DNA of 62,105 bases, filler included. It is 5 parts of 5 records of this genome, joined end to end, with 100 filler letters (N's around TTAATTAATTAA, not from the genome) between each part and the next. Parts side by side here need not be neighbours in the genome. Positions count along the whole stretch, not along the records: positions 38,055 to 46,687 come from SRR20825010_4863; positions 46,788 to 56,310 come from SRR20825010_4865; 3 more parts are not named here. The stretch is one strand, 5' to 3'. Position 1 is the stretch's first letter. Each line of letters starts with the position of its first letter. Below the pieces are notes generated by a model. It saw only the letters and a list, made by a program, of their open reading frames with translations, did not search any database and was not told the origin of the DNA. Below, one piece after another: positions 40,890-50,918 of this stretch. The position numbers and the translations under genes were made by a program.

Positions 40890-42359
40890 ATGAAAAATTC
40901 AATAATAGTAACCATAATAGCATTCCTGTTGGCTTCTTGTGGAATCACAAAAAGAGATTACAATGTTCAAAATGATGCTGGTGTGAAGCAGGATTTTCTA
41001 GCAAAGGAAATTAGTGAGAAAGCGTATACCGAAGCAGCGATAACAAAAGAATGGTGGTCAGAATTTAATGATCCCATTCTTGATACGCTCATTGAAAAGG
41101 CCAGAAGACACAATTTGGATATTAATTCGGCAGTGGCCAATTACAAGGCATCACGGGCTTTTCTCAAAGAAAATAAATGGGACCGATTGCCAACGGTGAC
41201 CGCCAATGGCAATTATACCCGTACCCGTTTGGGAGAGAATGTATTTGTTCAGGGCAGCAACCCTACCTTTAATACGTATAATGCAAGTTTTGACGCTTTT
41301 TGGGAAGCTGACCTTTTCGGTAGGGTAACCAATAGAATCAAAGGGGCGTATGCCAATAGTAATCTTGCCTTGGCTGATATGCACGGAATGTACGTAAGCA
41401 TATTTGCCGAAGTGGCCAATAATTACATGGAGCTTCGCGGTACACAATATTTGCTCGATATCGCCCAACGTAACTTACAGGGGCAACAGGAAACTTATGA
41501 GCTCACGGTCAAATTAACGGAAGCGGGTACCAGTAACAGCCTTGATGTATCCCGGGCATTGGCCCAATTGGAAAGTACCCGTGCCAGTATTCCACCTTTG
41601 GAGGCCAGGATAGAGGCATTGAAGAACAGTTTGAGCGTACTTATTGGAGAGGTTCCCGGAAATTTGGGAAATGAAGTGGTTGACAAAAAGCCATTGCCAA
41701 GCCTACCTCCAACAGTAGCTCTGGGCGATGTCAGGGAAATGCTCAGAAGAAGGCCCGATGTCCGTAGGGCGGAGGCTACACTTCAGGCGCGCATTGCTGC
41801 CTATAATATCTCTGTGGCCGACCTCTATCCAAAGATCGAGTTTGGAGGATCCGTTGGATTCTCGGCAGTCGATTTTGCGAATTTCGGTGAAAAACCATCT
41901 TTTACTTGGACCTTGATGCCCAGTATCAGTTGGGCCGCTTTTAATCTGGGTCGTGTAAAACAACAGATCAAGCGAAACGATGCACAGGCCATTGCCGCCC
42001 TCAATCAATATGAAAAAGCGGTACTGCAGGGACTGGAAGATATCAAGACCTCCTTGGCAAACTATACCAAAGAGCTGGAACGAAGGGAGATCCTGCGTAT
42101 TTCATCCGAGGCAAGTGCTCAGGCAGCAACCTTTGCCAGGCAGCGCTTTAACTCTGGATTGGACAGTTTTATTGATTACCTAAATGCTGACAACGCTTTG
42201 TTGCAGGCCGAGAATGCGTTAGCTTTAAGCGAGATTTCGTCGGCAACCTCCCTAATAGCCATTTACAAGGCCTTGGGCGGCGGTTGGGAAATCATTTCAG
42301 AAGAAGAATTGGATACTAAATATGAAAACCTGCATCTGGCCAGTGCCGATGCCAATTAA
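40890..42359 (+). CDS. Outer-membrane efflux lipoprotein (NodT/OprM family)
   Basis: Lipobox LASC, WE.DLFGR, RRRPDVR.AE and YKALGGGW motifs. Confidence 0.92.
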   Translation: MKNSIIVTIIAFLLASCGITKRDYNVQNDAGVKQDFLAKEISEKAYTEAAITKEWWSEFNDPILDTLIEKARRHNLDINSAVANYKASRAFLKENKWDRLPTVTANGNYTRTRLGENVFVQGSNPTFNTYNASFDAFWEADLFGRVTNRIKGAYANSNLALADMHGMYVSIFAEVANNYMELRGTQYLLDIAQRNLQGQQETYELTVKLTEAGTSNSLDVSRALAQLESTRASIPPLEARIEALKNSLSVLIGEVPGNLGNEVVDKKPLPSLPPTVALGDVREMLRRRPDVRRAEATLQARIAAYNISVADLYPKIEFGGSVGFSAVDFANFGEKPSFTWTLMPSISWAAFNLGRVKQQIKRNDAQAIAALNQYEKAVLQGLEDIKTSLANYTKELERREILRISSEASAQAATFARQRFNSGLDSFIDYLNADNALLQAENALALSEISSATSLIAIYKALGGGWEIISEEELDTKYENLHLASADAN

Positions 42360-42424
42360 AACTTAGGTTGTAAGGTGAATCGGATATTTTGGACAAAAAA
42401 TAGCACCGATCCACTACAAGATAT

Positions 42425-43312
42425 ATGAACAAGGCCGATATACCTGTTTTTGAAAATACGAACGATTTACATGAGGCCATTGGTTTTGCCCATAGGAGCC
42501 ATATGCCTAATTTTGATGTGTTTCCAGTAGAAGATATGGAAGCTTCATCGAGAAGGTGTATGCCGCCCTATCGTCAGGGATTTTATCAGATAGGGTTGTT
42601 GAACTATACAGGAAAAAGTCAACTCAATCTCAATACCGATACCTTGGAATTGAATGAGTTTCCTTTATGGTTTGTGGTTCCGGGACAGGTGTTCTCTTGG
42701 TTTAGGGACGAAAAGATGTCAGGATATTATGTGATGTTCAGAAAAGAGTTTTTGATCAATACTTTTCCGGATTTGCAGAAAGATTTTCCTTTTTTGAAAA
42801 TGTCCGAAAACAATGTGCTGATGCTCACCAAAGAAGAACATGAGTCGTTGTATTTTGATATGGAACGGATGCATTCGGTATTTAAAAACCCGCATCCGTA
42901 TCAAGAGAAAATGTTGGAGGGAATGCTCGGTTCCTTACTGTATTTCTGTAAGGCAATCCATGAGCGCCATAAAACAACGGAAAATCACCTGAGCAGGTCA
43001 CAGATCATTGCAAATCAGTTTGAAGCGTTGGTGGACAAAATGTATGTGGATACCAAAAACGTGAGCGACTATGCCTAAGAATTGAACATAACACCGAATT
43101 ACCTGACCACGACCATTAAGAAATTGACAGGCAAGAGTGCCAAGGACATTATTCAGGAACGGCTTTTGATGGAAAGTAAAAGCCTGTTGAAATATTCAGG
43201 GTTGGATATTGCTGAGATAGCCTATCGCCTAAATTTTCAAGAACCGACACATTTTACTAGGTTCTTTAAAAATTTGAGCGGAGTAACGCCAAATCAATTT
43301 AGGAGAATGTAA
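42425..43312 (+). pseudogene. AraC-family regulator interrupted by an in-frame TAA (43076-43078)
   Basis: The 217-aa and 76-aa ORFs are in the same frame (...VSDYA*ELNITPNYL...). Together they form one typical ~295-aa AraC protein, and the stop falls inside the HTH domain. Confidence 0.8.
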
Positions 43313-43411
43313 ATAGTTTTATACCGATTTGACCAACAATAAATTGAGAAAAGAAATACTATTAAGAATGAAAAACCATATGCTAAATTTGTAACATGAA
43401 ATAAATGAGTA

Positions 43412-44092
43412 ATGAAGAATGATAAATATGTTGCCGTTGTAACGGAAGCAGGTAACGGACTGGGCCACAAGTTTGCCAAGATTTTATTGGAGAATGGGTA
43501 TGAGGTTGTGCTTGCGGCATGCGGGAAAAGCTTTGAATTACTCTCCAAGGACGGGGAGGATTTACACGGATATCAGCTTTTGAAAATCGATTTTAGTTCG
43601 GAAGAGAGTTTACGTGTGCTTGAACATACCATTAGGGAATCATACGGCAAATTAGATCTGCTGATCAACAATGCTGAAATTGTCAATGGTTTTGGCCACA
43701 AGATAGATCAGATCAATATCGAGGATATAAAGGAGGTCTATGAGATTAATTTTTTCTCTATCATTCGAACCATACAAACACTTAAGCCTTTATTGAATCA
43801 GAGTGACGAACCTAGAATCATTAACATCACAAGCTCGTTGGGTGACATCAATAAGATGAAGGATGAAAGTTTTTGTTATTCTGGATATAGTCTTACCGCT
43901 TATTCCACTTCCAAAGCAGCACTTAGCATGTTTACTCATTTGCAGTGCAAGGAATTTAAGCCTTCTAAGATAAAAATGTACAGTTTTGATCCTGTAAACA
44001 TGAAAAACTGTACTTACAACTCCGTAGCCATTTGTGATGGCATCAAAGATGACTTTATTTCCCTCATTGAAAGAAAGCAAAAGAGAGCGTAG
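43412..44092 (+). CDS. Short-chain dehydrogenase/reductase (atypical Gly motif)
   Basis: LDLLINNA, IINITS and YSTSK motifs. The cofactor motif reads TEAGNGLG. A TAAATTTG promoter element lies at 43384-43391. Confidence 0.8.
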   Translation: MKNDKYVAVVTEAGNGLGHKFAKILLENGYEVVLAACGKSFELLSKDGEDLHGYQLLKIDFSSEESLRVLEHTIRESYGKLDLLINNAEIVNGFGHKIDQINIEDIKEVYEINFFSIIRTIQTLKPLLNQSDEPRIINITSSLGDINKMKDESFCYSGYSLTAYSTSKAALSMFTHLQCKEFKPSKIKMYSFDPVNMKNCTYNSVAICDGIKDDFISLIERKQKRA

Positions 44093-44532
44093 ATTGCCTC
44101 ATTGAAAATATTATGTAAGCGCAACTTGTATTTGTACAGCTTAAGTTAGACTACCTTTCTACATCCAACAATTTAATTTTCGCATTCAATTGGTTCATAA
44201 ATAGATATGGATGATTATGTGTCTGAATATGAAAATCGATAGGGATGCGATGCGTTCTTCATTTTTTTTATAAAAAATATTAGAAAAAAGCAAAGGTAAG
44301 CAAAACGGCGAAGTCCGTTCATATACAGTGGTTTATAAAATGTGGGGCTGAAATTGGAGGTCACTGTACTTTAGGTTTTAGGCTTAAAATGACAAGGTTG
44401 GGTTACTAAATCGTTACTGGTAACCAATCTATCGCATGAAGCATAATTACTTATATTTCAGTCTTTTGCATTCCTTTTCATCTTTCCCTGTAACTCATTG
44501 AAAGTTAATTTTAAACATTAAAAGATTGAGTT

Positions 44533-45798
44533 ATGGAACAGACGAAAAGGTCAACGTTTAAGCTCCTTTTCTACTTAAAGAAAAACGAGCCGAAGAAGAA
44601 TGGCACAGTTGCCATTATGGGGCGTATCACTATTGACGGAAAAGCTGCATCATTCAGTACAAAGCTGGAAATTGACCCCAATAATTGGGATTTGAGACAT
44701 GGAAGGGTCGCCGGGAAAAGCAAAAAGGCATTAAGCACCAATACAAAATTGGACAATATCCGGTTACGGATCGACAGGTATTATGAGGAATTGCTCAAAT
44801 ACGATGGTTTTGTCACCCCGCAAAAATTGAAACTTGCTTTTTTGGGTGTGGGTATTATGGAAGATGCCATTCTAAAGGTATTCCAGGCACACAATGACGA
44901 TTTTGCAAAAATGGTAGCCAAAAAGGAGCGTTCCCAAAGCACCTATGATAAATATAAAATCGTGTACAACCACCTTGCAGAGTTTATCAAGCTACGATAT
45001 TTAAGGGAAGACATGGCTTTCAAAGAGCTTACTTCCGATTTTATCCGTGAATTTGATTTCTACCTGCGTGTGGACAAGGAATGTACCCATAACACGGTTT
45101 GGGTTTACACCATGCCCGTTTTACGTATGGTGGAGCTGGCCATCAAAAAAGGCATGATCCGCAATAATCCTTTCGAGGATTACGAAATCACCATGAAGGA
45201 GGCTGACAGGGGTTTCCTATTGAAAGAAGATGTTGAGAAAATTATGCTTTGCCAACTTCCGAAGAAAAGGCACGAACTTGTCCGAGATCTCTTTGTTTTC
45301 AGTTGTTTTACGGGCTTGTCCTATGCGGACATCAAAAAACTGAAGCGGAACAATATTCAGAATTTCTTTGACGGCCATCAGTGGGTTATCAGCCGGAGAA
45401 AGAAAACCGATGTTTCGTCCAACGTCCGTTTATTGGAAATACCCAAGAAAATCATTGAGAAGTATTTCGGTACAACAAGGAACGAATTTGTTTTTCCGGT
45501 TCCATCCAATGCAACCTGCAACAATCATATCGCCAGGATTATGGCAATTGCAGAGATTACTACCGAGCAAAAGGTAACCTTCCACACGGCACGCCATACG
45601 TTTGCTACAATGGTGCTTACGGCTGGTGCCTCACTTGAAAGTGTACAAAAAATGATGGGGCATACGAACATTACCACCACTCAGATCTATGCCAAAATAC
45701 TCAATGAGAAAGTTGGTATGGACATGGATATTGTTGCCAGAAATTTAAAGGCAATGGAAGTTTCCTTTAGTGCGATGGAAGAAAAAATTGCAGTTTAA
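44533..45798 (+). CDS. Tyrosine site-specific integrase (Bacteroidota transposon type)
   Basis: N-terminal arm-binding STFKLLFYLK..RITIDG, then FSCFTGLSYAD, FHTARHTFAT and MGHTNITTTQIYA. Confidence 0.93.
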   Translation: MEQTKRSTFKLLFYLKKNEPKKNGTVAIMGRITIDGKAASFSTKLEIDPNNWDLRHGRVAGKSKKALSTNTKLDNIRLRIDRYYEELLKYDGFVTPQKLKLAFLGVGIMEDAILKVFQAHNDDFAKMVAKKERSQSTYDKYKIVYNHLAEFIKLRYLREDMAFKELTSDFIREFDFYLRVDKECTHNTVWVYTMPVLRMVELAIKKGMIRNNPFEDYEITMKEADRGFLLKEDVEKIMLCQLPKKRHELVRDLFVFSCFTGLSYADIKKLKRNNIQNFFDGHQWVISRRKKTDVSSNVRLLEIPKKIIEKYFGTTRNEFVFPVPSNATCNNHIARIMAIAEITTEQKVTFHTARHTFATMVLTAGASLESVQKMMGHTNITTTQIYAKILNEKVGMDMDIVARNLKAMEVSFSAMEEKIAV

Positions 45799-45825
45799 TC
45801 AGATTCATTCCTTTCCAACAATTAT

Positions 45826-45854
45826 AGAGCAGGATTTTATGATCCTGCTTTTTT
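45826..45854 (+). terminator. Intrinsic terminator after the integrase
   Basis: Stem AGCAGGAT (45828-45835) / ATCCTGCT (45842-45849) followed by a T-run. Confidence 0.8.
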
Positions 45855-46128
45855 ATTCCCCATACTTCCTATAGCCAAAGCACATTTACCTTCCGATCCG
45901 ATCCCTCCGCTGTAAAAGAGCTTATGGCTATTTCCCGGACAGAAGATTGAAAAATGTTGCCCTGTGCCTTTCCCTTGCATAACAATTTTTCAAACCTCTG
46001 TAGGTGCGGCTTTCACAGCCACACAACTAAAAAAGGATTTAAAAAATTCTGGAATTGGAAGTGTTATTTCAATTCATCCCGGACCATTTCCCAATGCCAT
46101 CTTCCCGGCTTCCACACCTTTTTTATCC

Positions 46129-46321
46129 AAAGAGCCAGTATGCTTTATTGTTCCATTTCAAGAGCAAAGGTATTACCGTGTCCTTAACGCATCCCCAAGG
46201 TCAGGACAAGTTTGGAAAAAAATCTCCACCCGTTGGGTAGTATTTCCCTCCAAAACCTTGGTGCTGCTATACACGGACCTTTTATGCTCGTGAAACGAAA
46301 CATAGCATACTCCGGCTCTTT
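46129..46321. repeat. Long imperfect inverted repeat (~190-nt rod-like hairpin) upstream of ssb
   Basis: Nested pairs AAAGAGCC/GGCTCTTT, AGTATGCT/AGCATACT, TTTCA/TGAAA, GAGCA/TGCTC, AAGGT/ACCTT, CCGTGT/ACACGG, CCAAGGT/ACCTTGG, TTTGGA/TCCAAA and ACCC/GGGT. Confidence 0.85.
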
Positions 46322-46458
46322 AAACGAATAAAAAAAATGTCAGATATGAAGATTACAAGCATTGGAAATGGTAATGAAACGAAACAGCACCTCCTCTCAT
46401 TACCGAATAAATCAAACAAAAAAACAAATCAAAATCAATCTCTAAAAATTCAAAAATC

Positions 46459-46687
46459 ATGAACATCACAGGAAGACTAACAAGGGATGCGGAAGTAAAA
46501 ACCCTTGACGACAACAGACAGGTGGTAAACTTTTCGGTAGCGGTAAACGACAGCTATCAAACCAAACAGGGCGAACGGGTAGAGCAAACCGCCTTTTTCG
46601 ATTGCTCTTATTGGATAACCCCGAACGTAGCCAAGATACTCACCAAAGGCTCTTTGGTAGAACTCACAGGCAGGGTAAGCGTAAGGG
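46459..46687 (+). CDS. ssb: Single-stranded DNA-binding protein (mobile-element type), truncated
   Basis: MNITGRLTRDAEV..VVNFSVAVN..LTKGSLVELTGR is an SSB OB-fold signature. Confidence 0.9.
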
Positions 46688-46787
46688 NNNNNNNNNNNNN
46701 NNNNNNNNNNNNNNNNNNNNNNNNNNNNNNNTTAATTAATTAANNNNNNNNNNNNNNNNNNNNNNNNNNNNNNNNNNNNNNNNNNNN
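46688..46787. other. Artificial contig linker
   Basis: N44-TTAATTAATTAA-N44. Confidence 0.98.
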
Positions 46788-48853
46788 CTATTGTACACTC
46801 CTCCCACATCCGGAGTATTCGCATACTGATAATTGCTCACGTTATTTAGGCTCAACAGATTGCTTACGGAAAAGTAAAGGATTTTTTGTTGGTCGATAAG
46901 ATAGGCCCAGTTAAAGCTCAAGTTATTGTACGATTTGGTTTTTTCCTGCATGAAACCAGGGTTATTGGGATTGTGATAAGGCCTTCCCGAACCGTAAGAA
47001 TATGACAACCCCACTTGCGAGCGCAACTTGTCCACCCAATATTTGGTCACTAATGAAGCATTGTGCTTTGGTGCAAAGTTGGGAGTGGCCCGTTCAGGAA
47101 AATTTTGGTAGTCTCGCTCGGTATTCAAATAAGAATAGGAAAACCAGTAATCCAAATTTTCGATGCTCTTACTATCCCTCCAAAATACATCAATACCTTG
47201 GGCATATCCATTTCCAGAATTACTGTATTCGGAATTAAACTGTGGCATCTCGGAATCATATTTTATCAATTGGTCATACGACTTATGGTAGACCTCTGTT
47301 CTAAAGGTTTTACCGTTGTTTATGTGTTGATAGTTTAGAATGTAGTGGGACGCTTTCTCCATGGACAGGCTTTCATCAAACTTGACAACATCCGCAATTG
47401 GTCTTTGATAAAAATCACCGTAGGCCAAGGAAAACTGGCCGTTCTCGCCCGCTTTGTATGCCAGTGATAGTCTTGGGGACAATTTAAATTCATCCAATAA
47501 ACTACTGTGTGTGCCTCTAACACCCAGTTTCATGGCAAACTTGTTGCTCAAATAGATATCGGATTCAGCAAAACCGGCCCAAAGTCCATCGGTATAATTA
47601 TTTTCAAATTCATCAATATTTACATCTGTGTAAGTTTCATCAAATTTGGTATGAAAATATTCGGCGCCAAAGCTCAAATCATATCGATTGCTAAAGTTTT
47701 TACGAGCCTTTACCTTAAGGTGCGAAGACGTTTCCTTACTGTCAACATTGGCCTCATTAATGCCAATATCGTTAGTATCCCATGCAATGGAAGCGCCTGA
47801 TGTTAGGCTCCAGTCATTCTCAAAATAGTATTTATAGGATGAGTTAAAATATAAGTTGTTGTTCTTCAGACCAAAGCGTACAAAATCATCAAAATTGATG
47901 TCTTCCTGTTCAATATCCAAATTGGAATGGTTAAAACCCGTGTACAGTTTGAACATGCTTTTTTCGCCTTTGCTCCTAAAGACAGCTTCACCCGAAATGG
48001 ATTCATAAGGACTTTTCCAACGAACGCCTTGTGTGGAAGGAATCAAGGCTTCATAAGGCGCCAGGTTCATATAAGAGGTGTTGATACTCAACGATTGGTC
48101 TCCCCAAATCTTGGTATGCCCTAGCCCACCCCCAACGCTCATAATGGATATATCGGTTTTCTCCTGTAACGGAACATCCGTAGTGTTCAATAATAGTACA
48201 CTGGAAAGCGCCTGACCGTACTCTGCAGAATACCCCCCGGTGCTAAAGGATATACCCTTGAACAAAAATGGGGAGAACCTTCCGCGGGTAGGTGTATTAT
48301 TGGCCGTAGCGTTGAATGGCTGAAAAACCCGAAGTCCATCGATAAATACCTGGGTCTCGCCCGCTGTACCCCCCCTTACGAACAAGCGTCCATCCTCGTT
48401 CACCGTTGTTGTTCCCGGTAGAGTCTGCAGTGCGGCCACAAAATCACCGGTTGCACCAGCCGTGGTCACGATATCGAGTGGTTTCAATACGGATGCCTTG
48501 GAATTGTTACCGGCTTCAAACGTACCGGCGGTCAAAGTAACCCCTGACAATGAATTTATGGATTCCATTAATTTGATGTGTAAATTTTTGAAATAGGAAA
48601 CGTCACCCACCTCATAATGGGGCTCAAAAGATAACATGGAAACAACAAGCGTTTGTGTGCCCTCTTCATTTGTCTCAAAGCTAAAATGTCCATTGATGTC
48701 TGACGAGGCTCCGTCGTAAGTGCCTTCCAAATAAACATTGGCCCCTTCTATGGGGATGTTTTTGGCATCTGTGATTTTTCCAGAGATTGTGCGCTGCGAA
48801 AAAATAGTGCCAGTGCAAAATAAAAAAGTGATAATGTTGATAAAGGTTTTCAT
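46788..48853 (-). CDS. TonB-dependent receptor with N-terminal carboxypeptidase-like regulatory domain, 3'-truncated
   Basis: Signal peptide, TISGKITD...PIEGANV, ALQTLPG, VRGG and TGGYSAEYGQALSS plug motifs. Confidence 0.88.
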
Positions 48854-49065
48854 GACTAATCGTTTAGATTGATGCCACAAAATTGCTTGGATGCAGGTTG
48901 CCAAACCAAAAGGAAATGCCCAACTGTAGATTTTTATAACCGAATTGATTTCCTTATTTCCGACTGCAGTTCACTCCAAAAAATCAACATTTCGGTAAGT
49001 AGAAATTTTTTCAGAACCTCTTCTTTCGGAGATTTGAAGCATACAAAACATCAAAAACAACCATT

Positions 49066-49485
49066 ATGAAAACTGTAACACTAGCATTAAGTCTATTTTT
49101 AGTAAGCATCGTTGGCCTAGCACAAGAAAAAACCGGCGTGGATATTACCGTTACCATTGATAATATTACTAACGACGAAGGCAAAGTTCTCGCAGGTCTG
49201 CATACAGAAGAAACTTTTATGAAAGGACAGGGAGTACAAAATTTACAAAGTGAAATTAAAGAGGGTAAAGTCACACTAACTTTTACCAATGTATTGCCTG
49301 GCAATTATGCCATTATGGCCATGCACGATGCAAATGAAAACAATCGAATGGACTATCAATCCAACGGAATGCCCAAAGAAAGCTATGGCATGTCCGGTAA
49401 CGATATGACCATGGGGCCACCTAGCTTTAATAATGCAAAGTTTACTGTTGGCGAGGAAGATTTGGAATTCACCATTAGGTTCTAG
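49066..49485 (+). CDS. DUF2141 domain protein
   Basis: Signal peptide and PGNYAI.AMHD.N.N..MD....GMPKE.YG.S motif. Confidence 0.85.
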   Translation: MKTVTLALSLFLVSIVGLAQEKTGVDITVTIDNITNDEGKVLAGLHTEETFMKGQGVQNLQSEIKEGKVTLTFTNVLPGNYAIMAMHDANENNRMDYQSNGMPKESYGMSGNDMTMGPPSFNNAKFTVGEEDLEFTIRF

Positions 49486-49512
49486 CCTAGAAAAAACATC
49501 ATCGATCAAAAG

Positions 49513-49540
49513 AAAGCCTGCCATAGTGCAGGCTTTTTTT
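49513..49540 (+). terminator. Intrinsic terminator after DUF2141
   Basis: Stem AAAGCCTGC / GCAGGCTTT with a 6-nt loop and a T7 tail. Confidence 0.85.
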
Positions 49541-49626
49541 ATCCGCTATAATAATTCAGGATTACGTTTTTTCTATAGATTAACCTGATGGTTTTTCATA
49601 CTTTTATACCCTAAACTTATAATTGA

Positions 49627-50568
49627 ATGACCATTACCCAGCTTCAATATGTGTTAGCTGTTGCCGAACACAAGAACTTTACCTTGGCCGCTGAAAAAAG
49701 CTTTGTTACCCAACCCACACTGAGTATGCAGGTTCAAAAGTTGGAAGACGAACTGGATGTACTGATTTTTGATAGGAGCAAAAAACCTATAACCATTACA
49801 GAAGTTGGTAAAAAAATAGTGGCCCAAGCTAAAAACATTGTTGCCGAGGCTGAGCGCATCAAAGATATTGTAGATCAGGATAAGGGATATATCGGTGGGG
49901 ACTATACCTTGGGAATCATACCCACTGTAATGCCAACATTGCTCCCAATGTTCTTGAACGCATTCATTAAGAAATATCCAAAGGTCAACCTTATTATTAA
50001 GGAACAGTCCACCCAAACCATGATCAAAAATATTATGGACGGACATTTGGATGCCGGGATTGCTGCAACTCCGTTAGAAATTGAATTTATAAAAGAACGA
50101 CCCCTTTATTATGAACCCTTTGTAGGATATGTTCCAAAAAATCATCGCTTGGCTGCAGAAAATGAACTTACCACGAGTGATTTGGATGTCAATGATGTGC
50201 TCTTATTGCAAGATGGACATTGTTTCCGCGAAGGTGTAATCAACTTATGCAAAGCTTCTAAAAACCTACGTGGCGAACACTTTAAAATAGAGAGCGGAAG
50301 CTTTGAAACTTTGGTAAGCTTAGCTGACGAAGGTATGGGAATGACCTTGTTACCTTACTTAAACACCCTGCAGTTGGATAAAGAAAAAATTATAAACCTT
50401 AAATCTTTCCAAACCCCTTCCCCTGCCCGAGAAATAAGTATGATATACCATAAAAGCGAACTAAAAATACAGATAACCGACGCCCTAAGAGAAGTTATCT
50501 CCAGTATTGTTCGTGGGGCAATTGCATTTCAGGACGTAAAAATCATCAGTCCGTTGTCCAAAAATTAA
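49627..50568 (+). CDS. oxyR: Hydrogen peroxide-inducible genes activator OxyR (LysR family)
   Basis: LysR HTH (FVTQPTLS) and DGHCFR.GVINLC carrying the two redox-active Cys. Confidence 0.9.
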   Translation: MTITQLQYVLAVAEHKNFTLAAEKSFVTQPTLSMQVQKLEDELDVLIFDRSKKPITITEVGKKIVAQAKNIVAEAERIKDIVDQDKGYIGGDYTLGIIPTVMPTLLPMFLNAFIKKYPKVNLIIKEQSTQTMIKNIMDGHLDAGIAATPLEIEFIKERPLYYEPFVGYVPKNHRLAAENELTTSDLDVNDVLLLQDGHCFREGVINLCKASKNLRGEHFKIESGSFETLVSLADEGMGMTLLPYLNTLQLDKEKIINLKSFQTPSPAREISMIYHKSELKIQITDALREVISSIVRGAIAFQDVKIISPLSKN

Positions 50569-50592
50569 AAGAGCCGCTTTTCAGCGGCCCTT
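50567..50592 (-). terminator. Terminator between convergent oxyR and a hypothetical gene
   Basis: Stem GCCGCT (50573-50578) / AGCGGC (50583-50588) with a T-run on the minus strand. Confidence 0.65.
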
Positions 50593-50600
50593 GTTAGTGT

Positions 50601-50798
50601 TTAAGTTTTTAATAATAAAATTGTTGAATGTAATTCCGGTTTGTCCACAACGTAAAATTGCAACCAGATTTTCAATTCTTCTACTTCATTGGGTAACAAT
50701 CTAGAAATTGCTTTCTGAAGCTCCCTAGCGAAGAGTTTAGCATCAAAACTCACCTTTTGAAGGATTGTTTTGGTGTAATCTAACATAGCTCTGGGCAT
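50601..50798 (-). CDS. Small hypothetical protein (65 aa)
   Basis: MPRAMLDYTKTILQKVSFDAKLF..ELQKA...L resembles a small protein recurrent in Bacteroidota. A terminator follows. Confidence 0.7.
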   Translation of the reverse strand: MPRAMLDYTKTILQKVSFDAKLFARELQKAISRLLPNEVEELKIWLQFYVVDKPELHSTILLLKT

Positions 50799-50918
50799 AT
50801 CAATTTGATTAAATTGGGTAAATAGGTTGTGACCTAAATTACTAAAAAAGAGGTTTAAAAAAGCTAACTTCCAGTTAAAAATTGAATATCTTGTTGTTAA
50901 ACCTGACCAAAGAATCAT

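Larger units (their letters stand above)
44280..46687 (+). mobile_element. Left part of a Bacteroidota integrative (conjugative/mobilizable) element; left boundary approximate
   Basis: Tyrosine integrase followed by a non-chromosomal-type ssb, with GTTAC repeats upstream of the integrase. The element is truncated by the contig end. Confidence 0.7.

Noticed and set aside
45954-46293. Three overlapping short ORFs (77, 109 and 61 aa) between the integrase and ssb
   Set aside because: They have no recognisable motifs and overlap the long hairpin, which explains the sequence better. The 109-aa frame cannot be fully excluded.
37955-46787. Linking the efflux/integrase segment to the APE cluster or to the oxyR segment
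   Set aside because: They are separated by artificial linkers, so the adjacency carries no information.
48900-49060. Possible LytTR-type direct repeats between the TonB-dependent receptor and DUF2141
   Set aside because: Only weak similarity (ACTGTAG/ACTGCAG) without convincing periodicity.
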